NCBI GenBank assembly: GCA_025360125.1
Contig: JANYCU010000012.1
Span: 25,445 to 89,444, forward strand
Direction of reading: 5' to 3'
DNA length: 64,000 bases
Source of the DNA: Armatimonadota bacterium
Lineage (GTDB): Bacteria; Armatimonadota; Fimbriimonadia; Fimbriimonadales; Fimbriimonadaceae
Position 1 is the stretch's first letter. The number at the start of each line of letters is the position of its first letter. The notes beneath the pieces were generated by a model that saw nothing but the letters and a program-made list of their open reading frames with translations, was not told the DNA's origin and did no database searches. The translations under genes were made by a program, and so were the position numbers. Shown here one piece after another: positions 44,552 to 53,052 of the stretch.

Positions 44552-46630
44552 GTGGTAAGAGGTTTGTCGGCAGTTCGCGCAGGGGTAGTGCCCAAGGTTT
44601 TGGCGGTTCCCGCCGTAGCGGTCACGCTCGCCGTCTTCGCCGTCGCCTTCCCCCTCCTCGCTTTCTTCTCCGCTCCCGGAATCTCCTTTCACGACAGCGG
44701 TGAGTTCGCCCTCGCCCTCGCCTCCAACGGACTTCCCCATTCGCCCGGAGCGCCGACCTGGGCGATCCTCAACCAGCTTTTCCACCTCCTCACCTTCAAC
44801 GCAGAGGCCGCCAGAAGCGCCAACCTGTTCAGCGCATTCTGCGGAGCCGCCACCGCCGCATTCGCCAGCGCATTCGTCTTCCGACATTTTAGCGACCGCA
44901 CCAAACCCACTCAATGGCTTGCGGCCAGCATCACCGCCTTAAGCATCCTCTGCACCGGCGCGTTCCTCGAACAGTCGTTCATCGCCGAGCAATACACCCT
45001 CATGACGATGTTCATGAGCGCCATTTTGCTAGTGGTGCAGACCAACGATTCGAACCCGAAAGCGTCGTGGTTCTACCTGATGGGCCTGTTGTGGGGGCTC
45101 GCGCTCGGCAACCACCCCAGCCAAGTCATCCTCGGTTTCCTGATGCTGCTTCCCGTGCTCCAAAGCCGAAAATCAGTGCCCATTTTAAAGTCCATCCCGA
45201 TGGGAATTGTCGGAATTCTTACCGGACTTCTCGTCTTTGTTTGGCTACCCATAAGGGCAGCGGCCCACCCAACTCTCGCATGGGGTCACCCAGACAACTG
45301 GACCCGCTTCCTATGGAACATCGGCCGCGAACAATGGCCCACTCGGGCCATGTCCACCGCCCCAATGGGGTTCACGAAGGCCTGGTTTAATTCGTACAAT
45401 CTTTTCGGCGAGATGGGCTTCATCAGCACGATTCTGGCCGTTTTCGGCACCGTTCTTGGCCTGCGACGGGCCATCAAGCCACTTGGTTGGATCGCGTTTC
45501 TCGTGATTCCCTACACCCTATTGATGCTCGCTGGCCACCTTCGCCAAAGCGGAATGGACCTCATCTATCTCCGATTCTATGGCGTGCGCGACTGGCACAT
45601 CCCGGTCTACATGGGCCTATCGATCTTGGGTGGAATGGGCGCAGTCTGGCTCGTCGATCTCCGTCACAAATGCACCGAGCGGGTCCGAATCGGAACGCTC
45701 AGCACAGCAGCGCTAGCCCTTGGCGGCTGGATGCCTTTCCAAATTTCTCGAGAATCGATGCAGGGCTACGACCAGGGCAGAAACTACGCCCATGCGTACC
45801 TTGATTCACTTCCCAGCGACGCCATTCTTGCCACTTTCAGCGACGACACTTCACACATCATCGGCTACGAGCACTACGCGAACAAATTGGCCCCGAGCAT
45901 TTACTTCACATTCGGGATGCCGCAAAACGTATACGAGCAGGATCCCGCCAAAGGTTGGAACCTAGAATCCAAACGAGCATTCCTGACTGATTACATCTTT
46001 CGAGCATCGCTTAACCCTCTCTGTCTTCCCCGAATATTGACCGAGGACGAGATAAAGAATCGACCACTGTTTACCGAGTACACATCGAGCGAAGTAGGCG
46101 ATATTAGCCAGTACTGTTTGCCGCACGGCTACACACTACAGCTACTTGAGCGCAAGACTACCGACGACGAAGTCATCGCCGCCGACAACCAATTTAAAGC
46201 TCAGCACCCCGAGCTGTTTATCAAACCGACCACCTCCCAGCACCGCCTAACTCGGGAGGGTTTTAGCTACGCCCACCTTCGCCGTGGGCTCTTCTTCATG
46301 AAACGCAAAATGTGGCAACAGGTGAAAGATGAGCTCGAAATCGCATTAGCGTGGGAACCCGAAAATCCGCAAATCATGTTTCCTTACGGGGCCGCTCTCG
46401 AAGAACTCAAAGACTACCGTGGAGCCGAAAAGGCGTACCTAACCTGCATTGATGTCATGCCCGATTATCCGACTGCCCGGCAGAATCTAGCTTTGCTCTA
46501 TCTATACGCAGGTCGCGACGACTTGGCGATGAAATATGCCCAGGAAGAACTTGTCCTCACTCGCGGGGCCAAGAATACGAAAGATCTGATCTCATTGCTT
46601 GAGAAGAAGTCGAAAACTACAAGTCGGTAA
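44552..46630 (+). CDS. DUF2723 (TMEM260-like glycosyltransferase-fold) multi-pass membrane protein with C-terminal TPR repeats
   Basis: SFHDSGEFALALASNGLPHSPGAPTW signature, about 10 TM helices, and a TPR-like C-terminus. GTG start. Confidence 0.85.
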   Translation: MVRGLSAVRAGVVPKVLAVPAVAVTLAVFAVAFPLLAFFSAPGISFHDSGEFALALASNGLPHSPGAPTWAILNQLFHLLTFNAEAARSANLFSAFCGAATAAFASAFVFRHFSDRTKPTQWLAASITALSILCTGAFLEQSFIAEQYTLMTMFMSAILLVVQTNDSNPKASWFYLMGLLWGLALGNHPSQVILGFLMLLPVLQSRKSVPILKSIPMGIVGILTGLLVFVWLPIRAAAHPTLAWGHPDNWTRFLWNIGREQWPTRAMSTAPMGFTKAWFNSYNLFGEMGFISTILAVFGTVLGLRRAIKPLGWIAFLVIPYTLLMLAGHLRQSGMDLIYLRFYGVRDWHIPVYMGLSILGGMGAVWLVDLRHKCTERVRIGTLSTAALALGGWMPFQISRESMQGYDQGRNYAHAYLDSLPSDAILATFSDDTSHIIGYEHYANKLAPSIYFTFGMPQNVYEQDPAKGWNLESKRAFLTDYIFRASLNPLCLPRILTEDEIKNRPLFTEYTSSEVGDISQYCLPHGYTLQLLERKTTDDEVIAADNQFKAQHPELFIKPTTSQHRLTREGFSYAHLRRGLFFMKRKMWQQVKDELEIALAWEPENPQIMFPYGAALEELKDYRGAEKAYLTCIDVMPDYPTARQNLALLYLYAGRDDLAMKYAQEELVLTRGAKNTKDLISLLEKKSKTTSR

Positions 46631-47987
46631 GTAGCCCGCCAAGGATCCGAATGCCTTCGTCGATTCTCGATTCGGTCTGATTGCCAAAACACACTCGAAT
46701 GCAACGGGATTGTTCAGACTCGCCAAAAAGCATTGCACCTGGCGTAAACGCAACCCCGCATTCGACCGCCCGGTCATACATCGCCCGCTGATCAAAGTCA
46801 TGCCCCAAATCGACTTTGCACCCAAACCCGGCCATCGGCACCGACCATGTGACGCCCTTGGGAAAGTGCTTCGCCATGGCCGACATCAAGGCATCCCGAC
46901 GCTTCCGATATCGAGGGGTACACCGTGTGATTTGGTCTTGAAACATTCCCTTACGCATATAACTCGCCATCGCGATCTGCGTGGGCAAGCCCAATCCGCC
47001 CGTTTCAAGTTGCTGAATCGCGGCCAAATCTCGGCAAACGTGGGCCTCCGCTGCGATATAGCCTAACCGAACTCCCGGGGCGAGTGAATTGGCAAAGGAT
47101 CCAACTTGAATGATTCCATCACCCGAAGCGATGAGGTCACGCGGACGTTCTCCATAGACGATTGCCGAGTTTGACGCATCTTCAACAATCGTGATTCCCG
47201 TTTCCTTCGCCATGGAAACCAGGTCCTTTCGTTTAGCCGGAGTCATGACTCGACCAGACGCGCCACAACCAGTCGGCGAAACCACTAAAACTTTTGCCTC
47301 GACGTTGGCCAACCCGTTCAAATCCGGTTCCTCCTCTGCCAAGCGAGGTACCACGTGACGTTCCAGCCCCAACGCGGCCCACCGCCGATCGCCACCCAAA
47401 TGGTCAGCCCCTTCGATCGCCACCTTGTCTCCTGGCTGCATCAAATACCGCCCCAACATGCTCAGCCCTTGCTGAGACCCCAGCGTCACGACAATATTGT
47501 CCGCCGACGCTGGCGTACCAAGTCGATTAAGCCACTCCGCAATAGCATGCCGAAGACCTAAATCACCCTCAGGTGGAGCGTAGTAAAATCCCCAAGGCGC
47601 TCGGCTGGCCACGTCCCGCATCTCGGCCAGAAACTCATCATCCCGAAAGAATCGGGGGTCAGCCACGTTGGTCGCAAACGACCGAACGTTCGACGATTCG
47701 CTCAAAGCCTCATAGTCATTTAATGGGCCATCACCGATGACCCGGCGCAAGACTAGCGCCCCCGCCTGACCCGGCAAAGGATTCGCGACCGACGTGTGGG
47801 CTCCCTGCTTCATATCCAGTAGGCCAGTCTCGGCCAGGTACTTATAAGCTCGAAAAATTGTGTCAGACGAAACTCCCTGCAAGGTCGCCATTTGCCGAAC
47901 CGTTGGCATTCTCTGCCCCGCGATGAGCTCACCGTGAATAACCTTTGACCGCAGAGATTCAGTGATTTGGCGGGCAGTTTGTTTCAT
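46617..47987 (-). CDS. MocR/PdxR-type GntR-family regulator with a PLP aminotransferase-like domain
   Basis: N-terminal winged HTH (LPTVRQMATLQGVSSDTIFRAYKYL). C-terminal class-I aminotransferase fold. Confidence 0.92.
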   Translation of the reverse strand: MKQTARQITESLRSKVIHGELIAGQRMPTVRQMATLQGVSSDTIFRAYKYLAETGLLDMKQGAHTSVANPLPGQAGALVLRRVIGDGPLNDYEALSESSNVRSFATNVADPRFFRDDEFLAEMRDVASRAPWGFYYAPPEGDLGLRHAIAEWLNRLGTPASADNIVVTLGSQQGLSMLGRYLMQPGDKVAIEGADHLGGDRRWAALGLERHVVPRLAEEEPDLNGLANVEAKVLVVSPTGCGASGRVMTPAKRKDLVSMAKETGITIVEDASNSAIVYGERPRDLIASGDGIIQVGSFANSLAPGVRLGYIAAEAHVCRDLAAIQQLETGGLGLPTQIAMASYMRKGMFQDQITRCTPRYRKRRDALMSAMAKHFPKGVTWSVPMAGFGCKVDLGHDFDQRAMYDRAVECGVAFTPGAMLFGESEQSRCIRVCFGNQTESRIDEGIRILGGLLTDL

Positions 47988-48003
47988 GCTTCTATCCTAT
48001 TCG

Positions 48004-48034
48004 ATTGTTAGAACTTAAATCAATAATTGTTAGA
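48004..48034. promoter_or_regulatory. Candidate MocR operator: two perfect ATTGTTAGA direct repeats 22 bp apart
   Basis: ATTGTTAGA occurs at 48004-48012 and 48026-48034, in the divergent region next to the MocR gene. Confidence 0.4.
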
Positions 48035-48106
48035 TTCCTAGTTCTTTTGACCGGCGTATATTCAACTGTGATTACTCTTCTCGCCTTCGCCACCATTGTG
48101 AAAAAT

Positions 48107-48550
48107 ATGCAAATTGACCCAACAAAGCAGTTCGACTTCTGGCTCGGAAACTGGACCATGGAGACCGAAACTCGCCCAGACCCTCGCGCCGATAACTGGA
48201 AAAAAAGCCAGAGCAAGAACAAAATTGAACGAGTTATGGACGGAAAAGTCATCCAAGAAAACTTCTCTGGGGTCGGCCTCGTCGGCAAAAGTTGGTCCGT
48301 GTATGACCCGACGGCAAAGCTTTGGCGACAAACGTGGGTGGACAACCAATCGAGTTATATTTCTCTAACTGGAAAATGGGAAGGCGACAAAATGGTGCTG
48401 CTCAGCATCCCGCAAAACCCTGGCGCAAAAGTCCACCGAATGGTTTTTCAAGACATCACGCCAAATTCATTTTTGTGGAAGTGGGAAGTCCAAATGAAAG
48501 ATGGCAATTGGGGCGCGATGTTTGTCTGCCACTACAAACGGGCAAAGTAA
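48107..48550 (+). CDS. Hypothetical protein
   Basis: ATG 48107 is preferred. The TTG 48005 start would lie only 17 nt from the divergent MocR start and would cover the repeat operator. No family assigned. Confidence 0.6.
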   Translation: MQIDPTKQFDFWLGNWTMETETRPDPRADNWKKSQSKNKIERVMDGKVIQENFSGVGLVGKSWSVYDPTAKLWRQTWVDNQSSYISLTGKWEGDKMVLLSIPQNPGAKVHRMVFQDITPNSFLWKWEVQMKDGNWGAMFVCHYKRAK

Positions 48551-48662
48551 GAGACTTCAAGGACCTACTTGACACGCTAGGCAGATAGCAACTTCGTCAA
48601 GTAGGTTCAAATGTAGTTGCTTTCAATGAGCAATGAAAGTTCGACCGGCTTCGTAGTACACT

Positions 48663-49763
48663 ATGATGACCATGGCGACCCTCACCCCTGAAGCAGCTCC
48701 GATTTCGATTGAAACGATTGCCGACAAGGTGTACGCTAACCAACGAATCTCGGTCGCCGAAGCCAAATTTTTGTTCGATCATCCGAACCCGCTTGAGGTT
48801 GCAGCCCTGGCTAACTTTCGTCGAGAACAGCGAACCGATCCCAATGTTGTGACCTATATCGTGGGTCGGATTCTCAACTACACCAACGTCTGCTGGGTCC
48901 GCTGCAAGTTCTGCGCGTTCTACCGAACTCCTGGAAACGAAGAAGGCTACACTCACTCGGACGAGGAAATCCTGGCCAAGGTCCAAGACACGGTCGACAA
49001 AGGCGGTGTCGAAATCCTATTTCAGGGCGGTCTGAATCCGAAGCTAAAGATCGACTATTATGAGAATATTTTCCGCAAGATCATGGCGCAGTTTCCCAAC
49101 GTCATTCTCCATGCCCTCAGCCCTGCGGAAATCATCTACATTGCCCACATTTCGAAACTAAAGCTACCTGAAACACTCAAGCGCCTTCACGCCGCCGGAC
49201 TACATTCCATTCCCGGTGCAGGCGGAGAGATCCTCGTTGATCGAGTCCGAAACATCATCGCCCCTTACAAGGATAAGACCGAAGACTGGCTCGCCTGCAT
49301 GCGTACAGCCGCAGCAATGGGCCTCAAAGGCACCGCTTCCATGATGTTCGGCCATATCGAAACGATCGATGACCGAATCGAACACTTGCTGCGGATTCGT
49401 GACTTGCAAGATGAATGTCAGCCGTTCCGCGCCTTTGTCACTTGGAACTTTCAACCGGAAGACACCATGCTCCAAATTCCGCAAAAGGCCTCTGCCGCGG
49501 ACTATCTGCGTACTTTGGCGGTCTCTCGGATCTTCCTAGATAACTTTGACAATATTCAGCTTTCGATTCTCACTCAGGGTCCGAAGATCGCTCAAATGGG
49601 CCTCAAGTATGGAGCGAACGATTTTGGCAGCGTGATGATTGAAGAAAACGTCGTTTCAGCGGCGGGAAATAAGTTCATCCTGAACTCGGAAGAGTTTGAA
49701 CGATTGATCAAAGACGCCGGGTATGAGCCACGAAGACGTAATACTCGCTACGAATTGATTTAG
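48663..49763 (+). CDS. Radical SAM enzyme of the futalosine menaquinone pathway (MqnC/MqnE family, MqnC-like)
   Basis: NYTNVCWVRCKFCAFYR CxxxCxxC cluster. GGLNP, HALSPAEI, SIPGAGGEIL and MMFGHIET blocks are typical of MqnC/MqnE/CofH. Confidence 0.88.
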   Translation: MMTMATLTPEAAPISIETIADKVYANQRISVAEAKFLFDHPNPLEVAALANFRREQRTDPNVVTYIVGRILNYTNVCWVRCKFCAFYRTPGNEEGYTHSDEEILAKVQDTVDKGGVEILFQGGLNPKLKIDYYENIFRKIMAQFPNVILHALSPAEIIYIAHISKLKLPETLKRLHAAGLHSIPGAGGEILVDRVRNIIAPYKDKTEDWLACMRTAAAMGLKGTASMMFGHIETIDDRIEHLLRIRDLQDECQPFRAFVTWNFQPEDTMLQIPQKASAADYLRTLAVSRIFLDNFDNIQLSILTQGPKIAQMGLKYGANDFGSVMIEENVVSAAGNKFILNSEEFERLIKDAGYEPRRRNTRYELI

Positions 49764-49803
49764 TCGCCAGTTAGCTGGAGTTGAGTAGCTATAATTTGGC
49801 AAC

Positions 49804-52137
49804 GTGTTGTTGCCATTCATGACCTTTCTTCAGTTTGCAAAATTTGATATCCGGGGTCCGATTCTTGCCTATCAAAAACCCGCCGTCATTGGCAAACAAT
49901 CCGTCCAAGTTGGTGAGCCTCCGAGATCAATATCCGAGTCTGAGCAGGGCTCAAATATTGGCCAATGGATTTGGTGTTCCGACGCCAAAGCTAATGTGCC
50001 TGCTCGGTTCCGCCGAGTACTAACCCTCAAAGAAGCACCCAAATCAGTCCGAAGTTGGATCACGGCCGAGGTGCGCTACCGAATGTGGATCAACGGCAGG
50101 CTCGCGGCCCGAGGTCCAGCAGATAGCGGTCGAGACTACGATTCAGGTCCCTGTGGTCCTTGGCTCGAAGACGTTCGCGACCTTAGCTCGTTCTTTACTA
50201 AGGGCGAAAACGTTGTGGCGGTAGAAGTTATTGCCAACCCAATCGTTGGCTATGACGCATCGACGGGACAACCTGGGTTGAAAGTTGACTTCAAAATTCA
50301 AGACCGAAGAGGATCTTTCCAGACAGTTGGAACCGACACCAACTGGTCTACGGCTCCAGCCAAGGACTTAGACCAAACTGGGGCAAAGAACGGATATCGC
50401 ATTGACTTAACAGCCGAGCCAGATGGATGGCAATTTGGGAAGATAGACGCTAAGACTTGGCGACCCGCCACTATCGCAAAACGAAAAAAGCCCGAAACGC
50501 TTGCGAGCGAACTAGCTCCCGCCCTTGAAGCCATCCTTCCTAGCGTTGGATTCACGCGTGTCTCGACCAGCGTGACGCCAAACAAGCAAACCAACGGCGC
50601 GACCTTTGCCCAAGATGGCTCCTATTCGGTTCAATACGGCCATGTGCTTTCGGGATATGTGGGTATGAAAGTCCGCGGCCACAAGGGAGCAAAGCTCATC
50701 TTGACGCCAAACGAACACGACGCGCCAGGCGCCAATCGACAATCCGAAATTGTCCTTCGAGACGGAATCCAAACCTTTGAATTGCCCTATTACGATAGTT
50801 TCTCGGTCATTAACATTAGAGCTGAAGGCGTGACCGAACCAATTGAAATTGAAGATGTCCGCTGCGTCTTTACTTCCTACCCCGTTCGGTATTTAGGTTC
50901 TTTTGAGTGTAACAATTCAAACTACGATCAAATATGGGATGTCTGCCGATGGGTGACCCAAATCTGCATGCAGACCCACCATCTTGACTCCCCCCACCAC
51001 CAAGAGCCGATTTCGGATGCGGGCGATTACCTCATCGAATCGTTGAATTCGTTTTATGCGTTTGGAGAAGGCACCCTTGCCCGGCAGGACCTCAAGAAGA
51101 TTGCGCGAACTCTCGAGCAACGTAACTACCAGAGCTTCCACACCAGCTATTCCCTGCTTTGGCTCCGGATGTTGGTTCAATACTACGAATATACAGGCGA
51201 TGTCACTCCGCTCAAGCAATTGGCACATCATGTTGAACGACTGATGGATCGATTCGAAGGCTATCTTGGACCTAACGGCTTGGTTTCGCAAGCCCCCAAC
51301 TATATGTTCCTGGACTGGGTCGAGATCGAAGGATTTAACCTTCATCACCCTCCTGCGGTCATCGGACAAGGATACATGACTGCCCTCTTCTACCAAGCTT
51401 TGGGCGATGCCATCACCATCTCGAAAATCACTAAATCGCCTAGCCGCTCGACCCACTATCAGACATTGAGAAAGCAGATATCCAAATCTTTTGAATCTGA
51501 ATTGTGGAATTCAGCCCAAGGACTGTATCGAGACGGAAAGCCTTTTCAGACGTCGATTCAGCCAAACCAGTGGTTGCCAGCGGACAAGGACATCGAGACT
51601 TTTTCGACCCAGGTTAATACCCTTGCCGTATCATGCGGAATTACCAATCCTGAGCGAGCCAAACTCGTAATGAAGTCCATTCTTGCTCGGCAAGACATGA
51701 ATTGCCAACCCTACTTCATGCACTTCGTTTTCGATGCCATGGTTAAAGCCGAGCTATTTCAAGCTGAGGCAGTTAAACAACTCGACCGATGGAAAATCGT
51801 GCCTGACACCCAGTCTTTTCACGAAATGTGGACAGTCGGTGATCTTAGCCATGCTTGGAACGCTACGCCAATGACTCAAATGTCGGGCCGAATATTGGGT
51901 GTCGTCCCAACCAAACCAGGGTTTAAGGAATTCACCATTGATCCTCATCCTGTCGGTTTGACGTGGGCAAAAGGAAAAGTCCCGACTCCGCACGGATCAA
52001 TTTCCGTCGAATGGAAGCACGTGGGTAATCGGTTGGAAACCAGTTTTACTGTGCCAAAGAACACGACGGCAATCGTGGACGGGACTTCGTATGGAGTTGG
52101 GAGCTACAAAGCCTTCATCACAATTCACCCTCATTAA
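49804..52137 (+). CDS. Six-hairpin glycoside hydrolase-like protein, distantly alpha-L-rhamnosidase (GH78)-like
   Basis: 777 aa with an N-terminal beta-sandwich followed by an (alpha/alpha)6-like region. HLDSPHHQEPISDAGD resembles the GH78 DCP.RE..GW.GD block only loosely. Confidence 0.55.
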   Translation: MLLPFMTFLQFAKFDIRGPILAYQKPAVIGKQSVQVGEPPRSISESEQGSNIGQWIWCSDAKANVPARFRRVLTLKEAPKSVRSWITAEVRYRMWINGRLAARGPADSGRDYDSGPCGPWLEDVRDLSSFFTKGENVVAVEVIANPIVGYDASTGQPGLKVDFKIQDRRGSFQTVGTDTNWSTAPAKDLDQTGAKNGYRIDLTAEPDGWQFGKIDAKTWRPATIAKRKKPETLASELAPALEAILPSVGFTRVSTSVTPNKQTNGATFAQDGSYSVQYGHVLSGYVGMKVRGHKGAKLILTPNEHDAPGANRQSEIVLRDGIQTFELPYYDSFSVINIRAEGVTEPIEIEDVRCVFTSYPVRYLGSFECNNSNYDQIWDVCRWVTQICMQTHHLDSPHHQEPISDAGDYLIESLNSFYAFGEGTLARQDLKKIARTLEQRNYQSFHTSYSLLWLRMLVQYYEYTGDVTPLKQLAHHVERLMDRFEGYLGPNGLVSQAPNYMFLDWVEIEGFNLHHPPAVIGQGYMTALFYQALGDAITISKITKSPSRSTHYQTLRKQISKSFESELWNSAQGLYRDGKPFQTSIQPNQWLPADKDIETFSTQVNTLAVSCGITNPERAKLVMKSILARQDMNCQPYFMHFVFDAMVKAELFQAEAVKQLDRWKIVPDTQSFHEMWTVGDLSHAWNATPMTQMSGRILGVVPTKPGFKEFTIDPHPVGLTWAKGKVPTPHGSISVEWKHVGNRLETSFTVPKNTTAIVDGTSYGVGSYKAFITIHPH

Positions 52138-52197
52138 CCTCGTTGAATAGGGCGATCCGGACTAACTTTTTCGCCCAAAACCGTCTATTATTAAGCT

Positions 52198-52614
52198 GTG
52201 CAGATTCCTTCCTGGTGGCTAATCCTTTCTGGATTGTTCTTCTTTATTAACGCAGTTTTCTTCTGCGTGCTCATCTTCGCCATGATAAAGCTGCTCGAAG
52301 TCGCCAAGGAATTGAAGCCAAAAATAGATCGCATTTCGGATCGAGTCGATTCCATCTCGGAAAAAGTTGACGGAATCGCTTCCGATGTCCAGGGCCGAGT
52401 GAAGGTCTTTGGCGACACATCCAACAAGCTCGCATCCTCAGCCGATCTGCTCAACACGATTGCGAATCAAGGCGTTCAGAAATTCGCACCGTATCTCGCG
52501 GCTTTTGGCCTCGTGCTGAAGGGTTACCAAATGATGAAGCAGCACGGCGTGACGTTCCCGCAGAAAAAGAAGCAGGTCCCCAGCAAGGCAATCGAGAAGT
52601 CGAGCGGCAAATAA
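52198..52614 (+). CDS. DUF948-like small membrane protein
   Basis: N-terminal TM helix followed by a repetitive coiled segment (DRISDRVDSISEKVDGIASDVQ). GTG start. Confidence 0.5.
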   Translation: MQIPSWWLILSGLFFFINAVFFCVLIFAMIKLLEVAKELKPKIDRISDRVDSISEKVDGIASDVQGRVKVFGDTSNKLASSADLLNTIANQGVQKFAPYLAAFGLVLKGYQMMKQHGVTFPQKKKQVPSKAIEKSSGK

Positions 52615-52617
52615 GCA

Positions 52618-53052
52618 CTAAGCGTTCAAGCCTTTCCGCATTTTTCGATGCGGAATTCCCACTTCGACAAACGGCTCATCATAAAGTTCGTAGCCGAGCC
52701 TTAGGTAAAAATCCACCACCGCGGCTCGTGCATGTAATATCGCCGTGTGAAACCCTCGCTGGCGTCCAATTCCCTCGGCAAACAGCATGATCTCTCGGCC
52801 ATAGCCCTTTCCTTGTAGCTGATTAGTCACCGCAACTTGCCGAATCTTTACTGAGCCATCGCCAAAGTCGGTTCCCGTGGCGGTCGCAACGACCCCTTCG
52901 TCGTCGATCAACACACAATGGATGTAGTCGCCCTCGGCGGCCAATTCCTCGGGAGTAAAGTCCAACCCCAAGGGCTGGCGAAGGACCTTCCTCCGCAGTT
53001 CAACCGCGGACCAAAACTCTGGCGAATTGTGGTCGACAACTTTCAGGATCAT
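52618..53052 (-). CDS. GNAT family N-acetyltransferase
   Basis: RQVAV....QGKGYGREIM acetyl-CoA binding motif. The start overlaps the topA stop by 4 nt. Confidence 0.85.
   Translation of the reverse strand: MILKVVDHNSPEFWSAVELRRKVLRQPLGLDFTPEELAAEGDYIHCVLIDDEGVVATATGTDFGDGSVKIRQVAVTNQLQGKGYGREIMLFAEGIGRQRGFHTAILHARAAVVDFYLRLGYELYDEPFVEVGIPHRKMRKGLNA

Noticed and set aside
44152-44914. ORFs 44152-44520 (+), 44166-44531 (-) and 44489-44914 (-), rich in Pro/Gly/Arg/Ser.
   Set aside because: Their composition is typical of non-coding or antisense GC-rich DNA. The last is antisense to the DUF2723 gene start, and the region contains only a REP-like hairpin (CCCTTCCCC...GGGGAAGGG, about 44344-44378).
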